In this document: positions 1 through 9,666 of the stretch, piece by piece | Position numbering within the stretch: position 1 is the stretch's first letter | Layout: every line of letters starts with the position of its first letter | Assembly: GCA_043821645.1 (NCBI GenBank) | Contig: JBDRCO010000113.1 | Coordinates: 128,001-192,000, forward strand | Length of the DNA: 64,000 bases | Direction: 5' to 3' | From: Pseudomonadota bacterium | Lineage (GTDB): Bacteria; Myxococcota; JACRCW01; JAFGSX01 | Notes under the pieces: generated by a model | Seen by the model: only the letters and a program-made list of their open reading frames with translations | Told to the model about the DNA's origin: nothing | The model's database searches: none | Position numbers and translations under genes: made by a program

Positions 1-1
1 G

Positions 2-628
2 ATGGAGCAGGCGGGTGCCGACGCCATCGAGCTCAACGTGTACTGGATCCCGACCGATCCCAAGCTCTCGGCGACCAGCGTCGAGAAGGTCTACCTGGAC
101 ATCCTCAAGGCGGTGCGCGGCACGGTCAAGATCCCCGTCGCCATGAAGCTGAGCCCCTTCTTCAGCGCGCCGGTGCACATGGCCCGGCAACTCGAGGAGG
201 CCGGGGCCAGCGGCCTGGTGCTGTTCAATCGCTTCTACCAGCCCGACGTGGACCTGGGTTCGATGGGTGTGGTCACCGACATGACGCTCAGTTCGTCCTC
301 GGCGTCACGATTGCCCCTGCGCTGGATCGCGATCCTGCGCGAGCACATCAAAGGTAGCCTGGCCGCCACCTCGGGTGTGCACACCGCCGAGGACGCGCTC
401 AAGCTCGTCATGGTCGGTGCCGACGTCACCATGGTCTGCGCCGTGTTGCTGCAGAAGGGCATTGGCGCGATCACCACCATCCGGGACGGCATGGCACGCT
501 GGCTCGAGCAGCACGAGTACACCTCCCTGGCCCAGGCCAAGGGCAGCATGAGCCAGAAGAACTGTGCCGAGCCCGCCGCCTACGAGCGTGCCCACTACGT
601 CAAGGCCCTCGAAGCCTTCAAGCTCTGA
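2..628 (+). CDS. Dihydroorotate dehydrogenase-like FMN oxidoreductase (5' truncated by window edge)
   Basis: DAIELN, KLSPFFS, LVLFNRFYQPD, SGVHT and final ERAHY motifs of the DHOD-like family; lacks the class-1 catalytic Cys after ELN. Confidence 0.85.
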   Translation: MEQAGADAIELNVYWIPTDPKLSATSVEKVYLDILKAVRGTVKIPVAMKLSPFFSAPVHMARQLEEAGASGLVLFNRFYQPDVDLGSMGVVTDMTLSSSSASRLPLRWIAILREHIKGSLAATSGVHTAEDALKLVMVGADVTMVCAVLLQKGIGAITTIRDGMARWLEQHEYTSLAQAKGSMSQKNCAEPAAYERAHYVKALEAFKL

Positions 629-765
629 TCGTCACAGCCCCGGGCTTCCGTCGACAACCAAGCGCGCTTCGTCAGACACAGCGATGTTGCCTCCCTGCCA
701 GAGTGTACTAACATGGCATGGGCGCCCGTGTGTGGTGAGTCTGCGGCGTTGCTGGAGGTGTTCTG

Positions 766-2997
766 TTGACTCTACCTGCGACCGATCCGGTCAAGCTGGA
801 GGTCACGCTCAAGTACGCGACCATCTCGGAATTTGACGCGCGCTTCGCCGCCAACGTGGGTTCGACTACCCTCTTTCTGAAGACTCCGAAGCCCAAGCCC
901 GTGGGCTGTGTGGTCGCCCTCGAGCTTCACCTGGCCGGGGGAGATGTGGTGCTGGCCGGCCAGGGACCCGTGCTCTGCGCCTTCGAAGGCGCCAGCGTCC
1001 CTGTGGGTCGCCAGGCCGGCATGATCATCGGGCTCCACCCGGCAGACGACAACAGCGCCAAGCGCATCCGCGCCATCGTCGTGAAGTACGGCCAAGGTAA
1101 GAACTCCGTTCTCCCCGCAGGCGTGGTGGCTCCATCCCCACCTGCTGCGCCGGTCCCGACACCCGCGACCGCAACGCCAGCGAACGGTGACAGCCTCGAC
1201 GATCTGGGCAGCGATCTCGATGCTGCCATCGCGGGCCTGGGCTCCTCAGATCCCGCTCCGGCTGCTCCACCCATGGCGAGCTCACCACGGGTCCAGATCA
1301 CCACCGCGACCTCGCCCTCGCCGTCGCTGTTTGATCCTGGACCCGGGCTTGTCATGGTCCAACCCCAAGCGCGGGTGCCCGATCCCTTGCCACCGCAGCC
1401 TGCGCCGCCGGCGACAGTGCCAGCGCCGCCCGCGCCAGCGCCGACAGTGAAGCCACCCCCTGCGTCGAGCGCGAGTTCTGTCGATGTTCTGTCCGGCAGT
1501 TCCTGGACCGACGAACTGGAAGCAGCCCTGGGCACGGCCTTCGACGTGGAGCCAGGCCTCCCCACACCCCCGGCCGCCGCCAGGCCTGTCGCTCCCATCC
1601 AGCCACCAGCCGCCGCGGCGAGCACACCGCGCTCCCTCGATGGCATGTTCGGTCCACCCGAGATGATCTCCACCGAGCCGGTCGGGATGCCCATGCTCAA
1701 GGCAGAACAGGCCTTCAGCATGCCGCCGCCCACCCCGGCACTGACGCCGACAGGAGGGGTCCTCAGGGTCGAGCCGGCAGCCGAGGCAGCGCCGACACCG
1801 GACACCGCTGCGTCATTGCCGCCGGCAGTTGCCACCACACCTGCGGTGGAGACCTCTGCTGAAACTGCAAGCCCGGTGGCGCTGGCTGCGTCCATGGATG
1901 CCGAGCATGACGACGACATGCTGGCCCCGCTGCCTGCCGGGGACGCTGCTGAGTCCGCCGGACAAGCCAGCGACAACCTGCCAGTCTCCGAGCCGCCGGC
2001 TTCCGCGCCCTCGGAAGACCCCGCCGCGAGTTCCGGACTTCCGTCGAACATCACCGAGGACAGTCTACAGGCCATCGCAGCGGGTCTCCCTCCCCCGGAG
2101 TACCGCCCCGCCTTCAAGCCCGAAGTCCCGCTGCCGCCGCCGGTGGTGGTCACGACGCGTCGGCGCGAAACGACGGTGCGTCCACCCGAGGCTGCGCCGA
2201 GCTCAGGCGACCATGCTGACCTGGGCTCGCCCGACAGCTCCGCGCTGATCGGGACCGCGCCGGTGGATTCAGACCGAGCACCTGTCGACGCAGTGGCCAT
2301 GCCACCATCGACACCTGCGGTGGATGCCGGTGAGCCGACCGGCCTGGCCATCCCGCAGGACGCGGCCGGTGGAGATCCGCTTCTGCAAGGAGGCCAGACC
2401 GCTGCGGACGCCATGGATGCGGCCGAGCCCGACCTGGCCTGCCCGCCTTTGGCCACCACGGAGGCGTCCGCGCTGGAATCCGACTCGGCGACTCCCGATG
2501 CTGCACCCGCTACCGAGGAGCCGGGTACCGTCGAATCCCTCGACGAGGAACTGTCCCGGGACCTCCCTCCGCTCCCTAATCCCACTGACGAGATCGAGGA
2601 GACCATGCCGGTGCGGGCGCGCCGGTCGGGTGTGGCGCCGAGTGGGAAGATGCTTGGCATCGCCGGTGCTGCAGGTGCCCTGCTCGGCGTTCTTCTGTTC
2701 GTTGTGTTTCGCCTGCTGTTCGCGGAACCCGACCACATCACGCAGTTTCGCGAAGCCAATGCGCTGGTCCGCACCGGCAAGAGTGCCGAGGCCATCGCCG
2801 TGTACGAGAAGATCCTGGCCGCGCACCCGGAGTTCACGCTGGCCAAGCGTCACCTCGCGGTGGCGCTGGCGCTGCAGGGCGATTGGGCCAGGTCTGAGCA
2901 GGTCCTGCGCAACTACATGGGTACCAGCGAGGATATCGCGGACATCGAGACGGTTAAGAAGTACCTGGGTGAGGCCGAGGCCGTGCGGGTCGAGTGA
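766..2997 (+). CDS. TIGR02266/PilZ-like N-terminal domain, long Pro/Ala/acidic linker, single TM helix, C-terminal TPR
   Basis: N-term 'VTLKYATISEF..FAANVGSTTLFLKTPKPKPVG..V.LELHL...GM.I'; TM 'GIAGAAGALLGVLLFVVF'; TPR 'AEAIAVYEKILAAHPE'. Confidence 0.7.
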   Translation: MTLPATDPVKLEVTLKYATISEFDARFAANVGSTTLFLKTPKPKPVGCVVALELHLAGGDVVLAGQGPVLCAFEGASVPVGRQAGMIIGLHPADDNSAKRIRAIVVKYGQGKNSVLPAGVVAPSPPAAPVPTPATATPANGDSLDDLGSDLDAAIAGLGSSDPAPAAPPMASSPRVQITTATSPSPSLFDPGPGLVMVQPQARVPDPLPPQPAPPATVPAPPAPAPTVKPPPASSASSVDVLSGSSWTDELEAALGTAFDVEPGLPTPPAAARPVAPIQPPAAAASTPRSLDGMFGPPEMISTEPVGMPMLKAEQAFSMPPPTPALTPTGGVLRVEPAAEAAPTPDTAASLPPAVATTPAVETSAETASPVALAASMDAEHDDDMLAPLPAGDAAESAGQASDNLPVSEPPASAPSEDPAASSGLPSNITEDSLQAIAAGLPPPEYRPAFKPEVPLPPPVVVTTRRRETTVRPPEAAPSSGDHADLGSPDSSALIGTAPVDSDRAPVDAVAMPPSTPAVDAGEPTGLAIPQDAAGGDPLLQGGQTAADAMDAAEPDLACPPLATTEASALESDSATPDAAPATEEPGTVESLDEELSRDLPPLPNPTDEIEETMPVRARRSGVAPSGKMLGIAGAAGALLGVLLFVVFRLLFAEPDHITQFREANALVRTGKSAEAIAVYEKILAAHPEFTLAKRHLAVALALQGDWARSEQVLRNYMGTSEDIADIETVKKYLGEAEAVRVE

Positions 2998-3032
2998 CTC
3001 CGGGAACGCCTCGAAGGCCGTCGCAGCTTTGC

Positions 3033-6000
3033 CTAGAGGCTTTCCACTGCTCCGAGATCCGGAGCTATCCCGCCAAATAGCCCTGACGCGCCACCGTTGA
3101 GATCAAAACCGAGGTCGATGCCAGCGTCGATGCACGGGCTGCTGGACTGCAGTCTGAAGTCGCCAGTGCCCGCATTCACATACTTCGGATCCGCGAGCAC
3201 CACGTGCGCGCCTCGCGTGTCCGGACAGGCCGAGGCCAGGCCGTTGTTGAAAAAGGCGTTGTAGTCGTTGCTGGAGGCGGTCAGGCCGCTGGTGTCGCAG
3301 ATGGCGCCGTAGGTGTTGGCGCTGAAGATGTTGTTCTTGACCTCGTGCCCGGAACCGCCAAGCGACAACCCGTAGTTGCTCGAACCGTGCAGGGTGTTGT
3401 GCAGGATGCGGAGGCCCGTGGCGCTGCTGGTGGCGATGAGGGGAACCGTGGCGCCGGCGAAGAGGTTGGACACGACCTCCGCCGGTCCTGTCCCGTCCGC
3501 GAAGCGCAGGCAGGCTGTCGTGCTGCAGTCGAGGACAGTGTTTCCGTGGATGCGGTGGTTCGTACCGCTGCTCACCTGGATGGCGTACTCGGCCTTGTCG
3601 AACACGTTGCCCGGTCCCACCTCGACGCCGCTCGCCTGGATGCGCACGCCCGTGTCGCAATTGAAGACGCGGCTGCCGAGAAGCCACAGGTTTGCACCCG
3701 TGGCATTCACGCAGACGTTTGTTCCACCACCGAGCTTGCCCTCGATCTCGAGGTTGGCGATGGCAACGCCAGCGGCCGTGATGTTGAAGACATCGCGATT
3801 ACCCTGAATGCGCACCCCGGCGTGCCCGACGAGGCGCGCGGGTTGTGAGATGGTGAGCGTGGTATTACCCATCGCGATGGTCGGCTGCCCGCCATCGAAC
3901 ACCGTCGGGTCGAAGCGAATCGTGTCCACATTGGCATTGCCATTGGCCGTGGCCAGTGCCTCTGCCAGGGAACCAGCACCCGCCGCAGCGGTCGTGGTGA
4001 CAACGATGATACGTGCAGCGTCCTCGGCAAAGATCACGCGTTGCAGGTGACTGCTGGCCCCCCTGGTATCCTGGATCTCCAGGCCTATCCTGTGCGCTCC
4101 GGTGGTGGCCAGGGTGTGGTCCAGCGTCTTGGTGGTGCTGGGTGCAAGCTCGTACACGCCATCGTCGTCCAGATCCCAGGCCACGGTGAGCGCACCGACG
4201 GCGTCCTCGGCGTCACTGCTGCAGCCCGCGTCGAGCTGGAAGCTCACACCCGTGGTCACCACCCCGGGTGCGGTCAGGCAGGCCACGGGAGCTGTGTTCC
4301 CCAGCACATTCCAGCTCAGAGGCGTAGTGGCACCCGTGCCTCCGATCGCGGCCGCGCTCAGATCGTCGGCGCCGCTGATGCTGGCATCGACGGTGACCAC
4401 TCCCGTCGCGGCCCCCGGGGAGACCGACACGTCAAAGACCAGGGTCGCTTGCGCGGCTGCGGCCACAGAGGTGGGGTTGCCAGACCGGGGCACCACCGGG
4501 TACTCGCTGCTCACGTCGACGCTGCTGGTCGTGAACTGGAGCCCGCTCGTGCTCACCGTCGCCGAGACCTCGCCGGTGTTCTCGACCAGCACGCTGATCA
4601 CCTGGCCAGATTGGCCCTGGTACACGTCGGACGCCGGACTGGTCACGCTGAGGAGATCGAGGGTCGCTGCCTGCAACACACCCACGCTGTCGCTGGTCGC
4701 AGCGTTGACTGTCAGCGTCGCTCCATCGACGACGGCAGTCCCGCTGATCCCGGCACTGAGCTGCAGGGAGCCACTGCTGCTACCTGCAGTGCAGCTGTAG
4801 CTGAAGTCCTGCTGGCTGGCGGCGCCAAGGTTCGCCGTGGCCGGCGTCGGACCCGTGCAGACCGATCCGGTGGAGCCGCTGATGACAAAGCCTGTCGGTG
4901 CCACGCCGAGGGTCCCGCTCCCACCGCTGTTGGTGGCGCGGAGCACTGCGGCAAAGGCCTGTCCCGTCGACACCTGCGCCGGGAGCGCCAGCCAACCCAG
5001 TCCGAGCGCGGCCGGGCCCACAGCCTGAAAGGGTGCGGTGGCGACGGGGATGGCGCTAACCGCGGCGCTGGTGGTGGCGTCCGTGCCCTGGGCGCCGGCC
5101 ACCGCGGTCCAGGCCCCCGCGCTGTTGCCGACCGTGCATGCAAAGCTGAAGTCCTGCAAGGACCCACCGTCCAGATCCACGCTGGCGGGGGTGGCAGCGG
5201 CACAGCTGGTCCCGGTGGTCCCGGTGAGGCTGAGGCTGGTCGGCGTCACGGCAAGGGCCCGAGTTCCACCGGTGTTGCTGACCCGCAGCACGAGGTCGAT
5301 GCTCGCGCCGTGCAGCAAGGTGGCGCTGGCCGTCTGCCAGGCCGCGACCAGCACGGATTGCGGCATCACCGACATCGGGCCAGCTGTCTCGGTGGGCGCC
5401 TGGATGGTGGTGCTATTGACGACGTCCGTGCCGCTGGCATCCGCGGTGAAGTGGACCTCGCCAAGGCCGCTGGCCGTGTAGCTGTAAACAAAGAGTTGCG
5501 CCTGGCCGCCAGCAACATCGGCGGTGGCCGGAGTCGGTCCGCTGTCCAGGGTCAGGGCACCGCTTCCGCTGAGTGCGAGAACAGGTGTGACCCCCTGGGC
5601 ATCACCTTGACCGCTATTGGTGACGGTCATCTCGATGTCGAAGGACTGACCCAGTCCCACACCTGCGGGGACGTCGAGGGCAATCTCCAGCGCGGCCCCC
5701 ACCAGGATCTGCAACGACGCGCTGGTGGCTGCGCCGCTGGCGAGCGGGCGCAAGGAATAGGCGTTGGTGCCGCTGGCCTGGGCCGTGAACGTGACACTGC
5801 CCGCGCTCTGCGCCCGGTACTGCAGGACAAAATCCTGGGCAGCGCCAGCGGCGATGTCCGCACTCGCCGGCGAAGGTCCACTGAGGTGCTGCGCCGTACC
5901 GCTCCCGGCAAGGACCGGCAGCGACACCTGCACGGCCTGGGCCTCACTGCCGCCCGTGTTGGCCACATGAACCGTCAGGGTGATCTCCGTACCCGTGCTC

Positions 6001-6704
6001 ACGGAAGCTGCGGAGAGTTCCAGGGTGGATACCAGCTGCGCCGGGTTCCACACCTGGACGGCACCAGGCAAAGTAGCCGTGGCTCCTCCCTCCGTCGTCA
6101 CCACCAGATCGTAGGCTCCCGCCGCCGTGCCCTGGGCGACGGTCGCCGTGAAGCCCGAGGTGGACAGGTTGGTGACAGGCAGGGCGATACGGGCGCCGGC
6201 AGGGGGCTCGAGATCGGCCTGCAGGCCACTGTCGAAGCCGCTGCCGACCACATCCAGCACCTCGTCCTGATCGTTGACGATATCGGACGGAATGACCGAG
6301 GTGATGGCCGGCCCCACGCCGACCAGCACTTCGTAGGCGTCGGCAAGAGAGGTCTTGAGACCCCGCGGCGTCTCCACTCGAAGATCCAGGAAGCCTGCGG
6401 TCAGCCCCACCGGCACCTGAGCCGTGAGATGCTCGTCGTCGACATAGCGAACATCCCGCAGCGCGGTGTTGCCAAGCCATGCCCGAAAGGTGGTGTCCAC
6501 GCGCAGTCCACCTGGCTGCGAAGGATCGTTCTCGATGAGAGGACGCAGCTCGCGTCCCAAGATCTCGACGGACTGCGCCACATCCTGGCGACCCGACGCC
6601 GGCGTCACCTGCTCCAGGATCGGTTCAGGAACGGCCGTGGTCACCACGTCGAGATCGCAGGCTCCCGTCGTGACAAGAAGGGCAAGCAGGGCAAGGCGTC
6701 GCAT
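3033..6704 (-). CDS. Large surface lipoprotein: 2 IPT/TIG-like domains, about 5 Ig/CARDB-like repeats, PKD domain, right-handed beta-helix (pectin-lyase-like/adhesin)
   Basis: GGAG RBS then MRRLALLALLVTTGAC lipobox; repeated 'NTGG..A..V.P..GP.PA.AD.AGG..Q.F.Y' units; 'NTAPVA..WDLDDDG' PKD; 'HNT..KNNIF..DYNAF..DPKY..DFRLQSSSPCIDAG..PDLGAVE' tail. Confidence 0.75.
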   Translation of the reverse strand: MRRLALLALLVTTGACDLDVVTTAVPEPILEQVTPASGRQDVAQSVEILGRELRPLIENDPSQPGGLRVDTTFRAWLGNTALRDVRYVDDEHLTAQVPVGLTAGFLDLRVETPRGLKTSLADAYEVLVGVGPAITSVIPSDIVNDQDEVLDVVGSGFDSGLQADLEPPAGARIALPVTNLSTSGFTATVAQGTAAGAYDLVVTTEGGATATLPGAVQVWNPAQLVSTLELSAASVSTGTEITLTVHVANTGGSEAQAVQVSLPVLAGSGTAQHLSGPSPASADIAAGAAQDFVLQYRAQSAGSVTFTAQASGTNAYSLRPLASGAATSASLQILVGAALEIALDVPAGVGLGQSFDIEMTVTNSGQGDAQGVTPVLALSGSGALTLDSGPTPATADVAGGQAQLFVYSYTASGLGEVHFTADASGTDVVNSTTIQAPTETAGPMSVMPQSVLVAAWQTASATLLHGASIDLVLRVSNTGGTRALAVTPTSLSLTGTTGTSCAAATPASVDLDGGSLQDFSFACTVGNSAGAWTAVAGAQGTDATTSAAVSAIPVATAPFQAVGPAALGLGWLALPAQVSTGQAFAAVLRATNSGGSGTLGVAPTGFVISGSTGSVCTGPTPATANLGAASQQDFSYSCTAGSSSGSLQLSAGISGTAVVDGATLTVNAATSDSVGVLQAATLDLLSVTSPASDVYQGQSGQVISVLVENTGEVSATVSTSGLQFTTSSVDVSSEYPVVPRSGNPTSVAAAAQATLVFDVSVSPGAATGVVTVDASISGADDLSAAAIGGTGATTPLSWNVLGNTAPVACLTAPGVVTTGVSFQLDAGCSSDAEDAVGALTVAWDLDDDGVYELAPSTTKTLDHTLATTGAHRIGLEIQDTRGASSHLQRVIFAEDAARIIVVTTTAAAGAGSLAEALATANGNANVDTIRFDPTVFDGGQPTIAMGNTTLTISQPARLVGHAGVRIQGNRDVFNITAAGVAIANLEIEGKLGGGTNVCVNATGANLWLLGSRVFNCDTGVRIQASGVEVGPGNVFDKAEYAIQVSSGTNHRIHGNTVLDCSTTACLRFADGTGPAEVVSNLFAGATVPLIATSSATGLRILHNTLHGSSNYGLSLGGSGHEVKNNIFSANTYGAICDTSGLTASSNDYNAFFNNGLASACPDTRGAHVVLADPKYVNAGTGDFRLQSSSPCIDAGIDLGFDLNGGASGLFGGIAPDLGAVESL

Positions 6705-6729
6705 GGTGGACTCCAGAGATGCTGATGGT

Positions 6730-8424
6730 CTACAGCAGCGGGATGGCATAGCCCCCGAGGATGGAGGCGCCACCCCAGGGCTGCTCGAGGCCGCCGTACA
6801 GGTAGCGCAGCTTGAGGACAAGCTCACCGGGCCCGACATGCCAGGCCACGCCGGCCTGCACCAGGGCACCCAGTGTGAGGCTGTGCCGCGTGCTTTCATC
6901 GAGCACGCTGAGCAGGTAACCCAGAGAACCTCCGAGACCAGCGAAGATCGCGAGGGAGTCTGCCACCCGCAGGCGATAGTCGGCCTGCAGTGACAGCGGT
7001 GTGGTGAACAGCTGGCGCGTGAAGGTTCGGCCAACCAGCGGCCCGGACGCGAATTCTGTCTGGCCGTACTGGTACAGTCCACCCAGCTCCAGGCGCAGGG
7101 CGAGCCCGTCGAGGACACCGCGGCCGAGCATGGTGACGTCGAGTGCCAGGCCTGGCGCGAACAAGGCCACGAAGTTGCTCTCGAAGGCGGCACTGACGCC
7201 GAGGGTCAGTCCCAGCGGCGCCTGTCCGGTCGACACCTCCGTTGCCACACCGGCGGAAGCCAGCTCCCGGGTGTCATCGTCGGCACCAACCGCCACCGCT
7301 GGCTCCGCGGCCTGGACAGTGAGCGCATGCTCTGCCGTGAGCGCTGCACCTCCCTCGACGGGGAGCTGCGCACTCAGCGCCACCTCGCCAGCCCAGTCCG
7401 GCAAGGTGAGCTGGCCTTGAAACTGCCCCGGCGCCACTTCCTGCAGCCCGCCAAGCTCGCCGCGATCGGTGGTCAGCACCGGTACACCAGGAGCAGCCTG
7501 CCCCGCCTCGTCGAGCACGCGCACCACCACGGTCACCTGGGCGCCCGGGCTCGCAGCGGGGGGCACGGTCACCAGCTCCAGCCTGGCGGGTCGCGTGGCA
7601 TCTCGCAGGGCAAATTCGACGGTGCTCGAAGAGGGCTTGTGACCGGCCATGGACACGGTGACCTTGGCGGTCTTGCCAGCGCTCCGCGGCTTTGGCTTGA
7701 AGCGGACGCTGTACACGCCCGGCCCCATTCTCTCGACACCTCCTGCAGTCCCGTACTTGGCCTTGAACTTGAGGGTGGCCTTGTCGGCGGGGGCGCCCCG
7801 CGCCGTCACCACGAAGACTCGCAGTTCGAGCGAGGTGTCATCGACGACGGCAAGCGAGGGAGCAAGTGGAACCAGCAGCACCTGCGAGAAGGGAACCATG
7901 GGAATGGGAATCTTCGTCGAGCCCGACTGCCCCTCGCTGAAGCCCGGCGGCACCTCGACCCGGATCGAGGCCTGTCCCGAGGCGTCCGCGGCCACGGGTC
8001 CGAAACTGCGCTCCCCGATGGAGATGCTGACCTCGCTGCCAGGCTGGCCCGGAACACTGAGTTCGCCCTGTCCGACCAGCGGCAGCGCGACCCACCCCAC
8101 GAGGACGCCCTGGCTGGTGTCTGCCACAGCTGCCAGGATGGCAACCTGCGGGAAAAAGGCCTCGGGCGGCTTGTAGAGGGTGACGAGGGAACCGCTGCCA
8201 CCCACAGTGGCTTCCGACAGGCTGCCAGTGCTGGCAAAGAGTCTGACAGAGGCAGGCTCGACAGCCACGGGCCCCTCGATCCGGATCGGGACTTCCGGAG
8301 TCTGTCCCAGCAACAGGGTCGGGGGATCCGCGATCAGCGTCAGCTGTCCCGGCGAGGCACCCTGTGCTTGCGAGAGCGACCCCAGAACGAGCGCAGCCAG
8401 TACGAGGGCAAGTCTACAGATCAT
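6730..8424 (-). CDS. Secreted protein with Ig-like/invasin-type domains and a C-terminal OM beta-barrel-like region
   Basis: Signal peptide 'MICRLALVLAALVLGSLSQA'; beta-rich domains; C-terminal alternating hydrophobic strands ending 'GGYAIPLL'. Start could be 8439. Confidence 0.6.
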   Translation of the reverse strand: MICRLALVLAALVLGSLSQAQGASPGQLTLIADPPTLLLGQTPEVPIRIEGPVAVEPASVRLFASTGSLSEATVGGSGSLVTLYKPPEAFFPQVAILAAVADTSQGVLVGWVALPLVGQGELSVPGQPGSEVSISIGERSFGPVAADASGQASIRVEVPPGFSEGQSGSTKIPIPMVPFSQVLLVPLAPSLAVVDDTSLELRVFVVTARGAPADKATLKFKAKYGTAGGVERMGPGVYSVRFKPKPRSAGKTAKVTVSMAGHKPSSSTVEFALRDATRPARLELVTVPPAASPGAQVTVVVRVLDEAGQAAPGVPVLTTDRGELGGLQEVAPGQFQGQLTLPDWAGEVALSAQLPVEGGAALTAEHALTVQAAEPAVAVGADDDTRELASAGVATEVSTGQAPLGLTLGVSAAFESNFVALFAPGLALDVTMLGRGVLDGLALRLELGGLYQYGQTEFASGPLVGRTFTRQLFTTPLSLQADYRLRVADSLAIFAGLGGSLGYLLSVLDESTRHSLTLGALVQAGVAWHVGPGELVLKLRYLYGGLEQPWGGASILGGYAIPLL

Positions 8425-9488
8425 GAACCGGCTCCCCATTTGATGGTGGCGGCACCCTTCTTGGGTGCGGCCTTCTTGCCCGGCTTGGGCTTGGGCTTCG
8501 CCTTGCTCTTCGGCTTCGACAGACTCGCCTTCGCCACGCGTGTGATCGTCGGCAACTCCACCGTCTTGGGCTCACCGCCGAGCAGAGATGCCGTGACTTC
8601 GATGTTGTTGTCCCCTTCGTCCAGGGGAACCCGGGCCACGAAGCCGCCATCCGCGCGCAGCTTGACCGGGCGTCCATTCACCTGCACCTGAGCCAGTGGA
8701 TGTGCGCTGCCCTTGAAAACGATGGATGCTGTCTTGACCTCGCTGCCCCGGGGTTGGGTGACCTCGAGCTCGGGATCGCCGGTGAACACGCGAGGTGGCA
8801 GCGGGGGCTTGCCAGCAACCGCCCAGCCCGCCATCCCCTCGGGAACATCGAGGGCGCGTTTGCCCGAACGGAGCTCGACCCGACCTGCGTTGTTGACCGC
8901 GCCGAAGATGGCCCCGAACACGAAGACCTCGGTCCTCGCGTTCTCAGCGCGCATCTCCATGCCGCGAGGCCCGCTGACGATCACCTTCTTCTCCTGCGTC
9001 AGCGACGTGATCTCGATCTGCCCGCTCTGCAACACGAAGTGTGTCGTCGAGATTTCCTGGTGCCGGACGCTGAGCTGGCTGCCCTGGCGAAGCGTCAGCA
9101 CCGAGTTGGCGCCGAACTGGAGCTCGGCTTTTCCCCCCTCGGTCACACGCAGCATGTCGCCAGGCTCGACACGCTCCTTGCCCATGATGGCCGCCCAGGG
9201 TGTGCTGCCGGTCTTTCGCTCGACGGGCCCATCCATGGAAATGAAGGTGATGGCCTCGTCACTGGCTGCGGCCCCTGGATCCGGAAGCGCCACGGGCACG
9301 GTGGGATCTTCGGCGACGGGTGTCGGGTCAGAATTCACCTCGCCGCCCACGGGGCTTCGGCTGCGTGGTGGGAGCTGGAGCAGATCTTCTTGATAGGGGA
9401 TGGGCTTGACCAGCGCCCAGACCACCTGCGCGAGCAGGAACATCCCGACGCCAGAAGCGGCGCCGACAGCGATCAGCTTTCGATCCAT
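8421..9488 (-). CDS. FecR-domain membrane-anchored protein with C-terminal Ig-like domain and Lys/Pro-rich tail
   Basis: N-terminal TM; 'G.VE..W..GDMLRV..GKAELQFG.NS.L.L..GSQL..LQSGQI' FecR pattern; 'VNGRPV..DGGF..VPLDEGDNNIEV' Ig-like domain. Confidence 0.7.
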   Translation of the reverse strand: MDRKLIAVGAASGVGMFLLAQVVWALVKPIPYQEDLLQLPPRSRSPVGGEVNSDPTPVAEDPTVPVALPDPGAAASDEAITFISMDGPVERKTGSTPWAAIMGKERVEPGDMLRVTEGGKAELQFGANSVLTLRQGSQLSVRHQEISTTHFVLQSGQIEITSLTQEKKVIVSGPRGMEMRAENARTEVFVFGAIFGAVNNAGRVELRSGKRALDVPEGMAGWAVAGKPPLPPRVFTGDPELEVTQPRGSEVKTASIVFKGSAHPLAQVQVNGRPVKLRADGGFVARVPLDEGDNNIEVTASLLGGEPKTVELPTITRVAKASLSKPKSKAKPKPKPGKKAAPKKGAATIKWGAGS

Positions 9489-9666
9489 GTCGCTCCCTCG
9501 AAATCAGCTGCCGTCATGGTGTCGATTAGACCACCGCCCGGGTGCTCGCACAACGCCAGCCGTCGGTCTGGCATCGACACCGGTTGGTCATCGTGCGAGG
9601 GGGGCTTGACCTGGGCCCGCCTCTCGATGTGCGCGGGTCGCGCGGGTGGTTCCCAGCGGCCTGCCG

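Noticed and set aside
2-628. Calling this gene pyrD
   Set aside because: Lacks the catalytic Cys/Ser loop; fits the known DHOD-like family of unclear function
927-2846. Long antisense and alternative-frame ORFs (also 4041-6725, 9646-11547, 26372-28141, 30619-32331, 40264-42141, 53308-54819)
   Set aside because: They are shadows of real genes caused by stop-codon scarcity at high GC; they have no motifs and overlap better-supported CDSs
6705-7193. N-terminal extension of the 1386-aa ORF
   Set aside because: Overlaps the upstream gene; RBS and lipoprotein signal support a start at 6704
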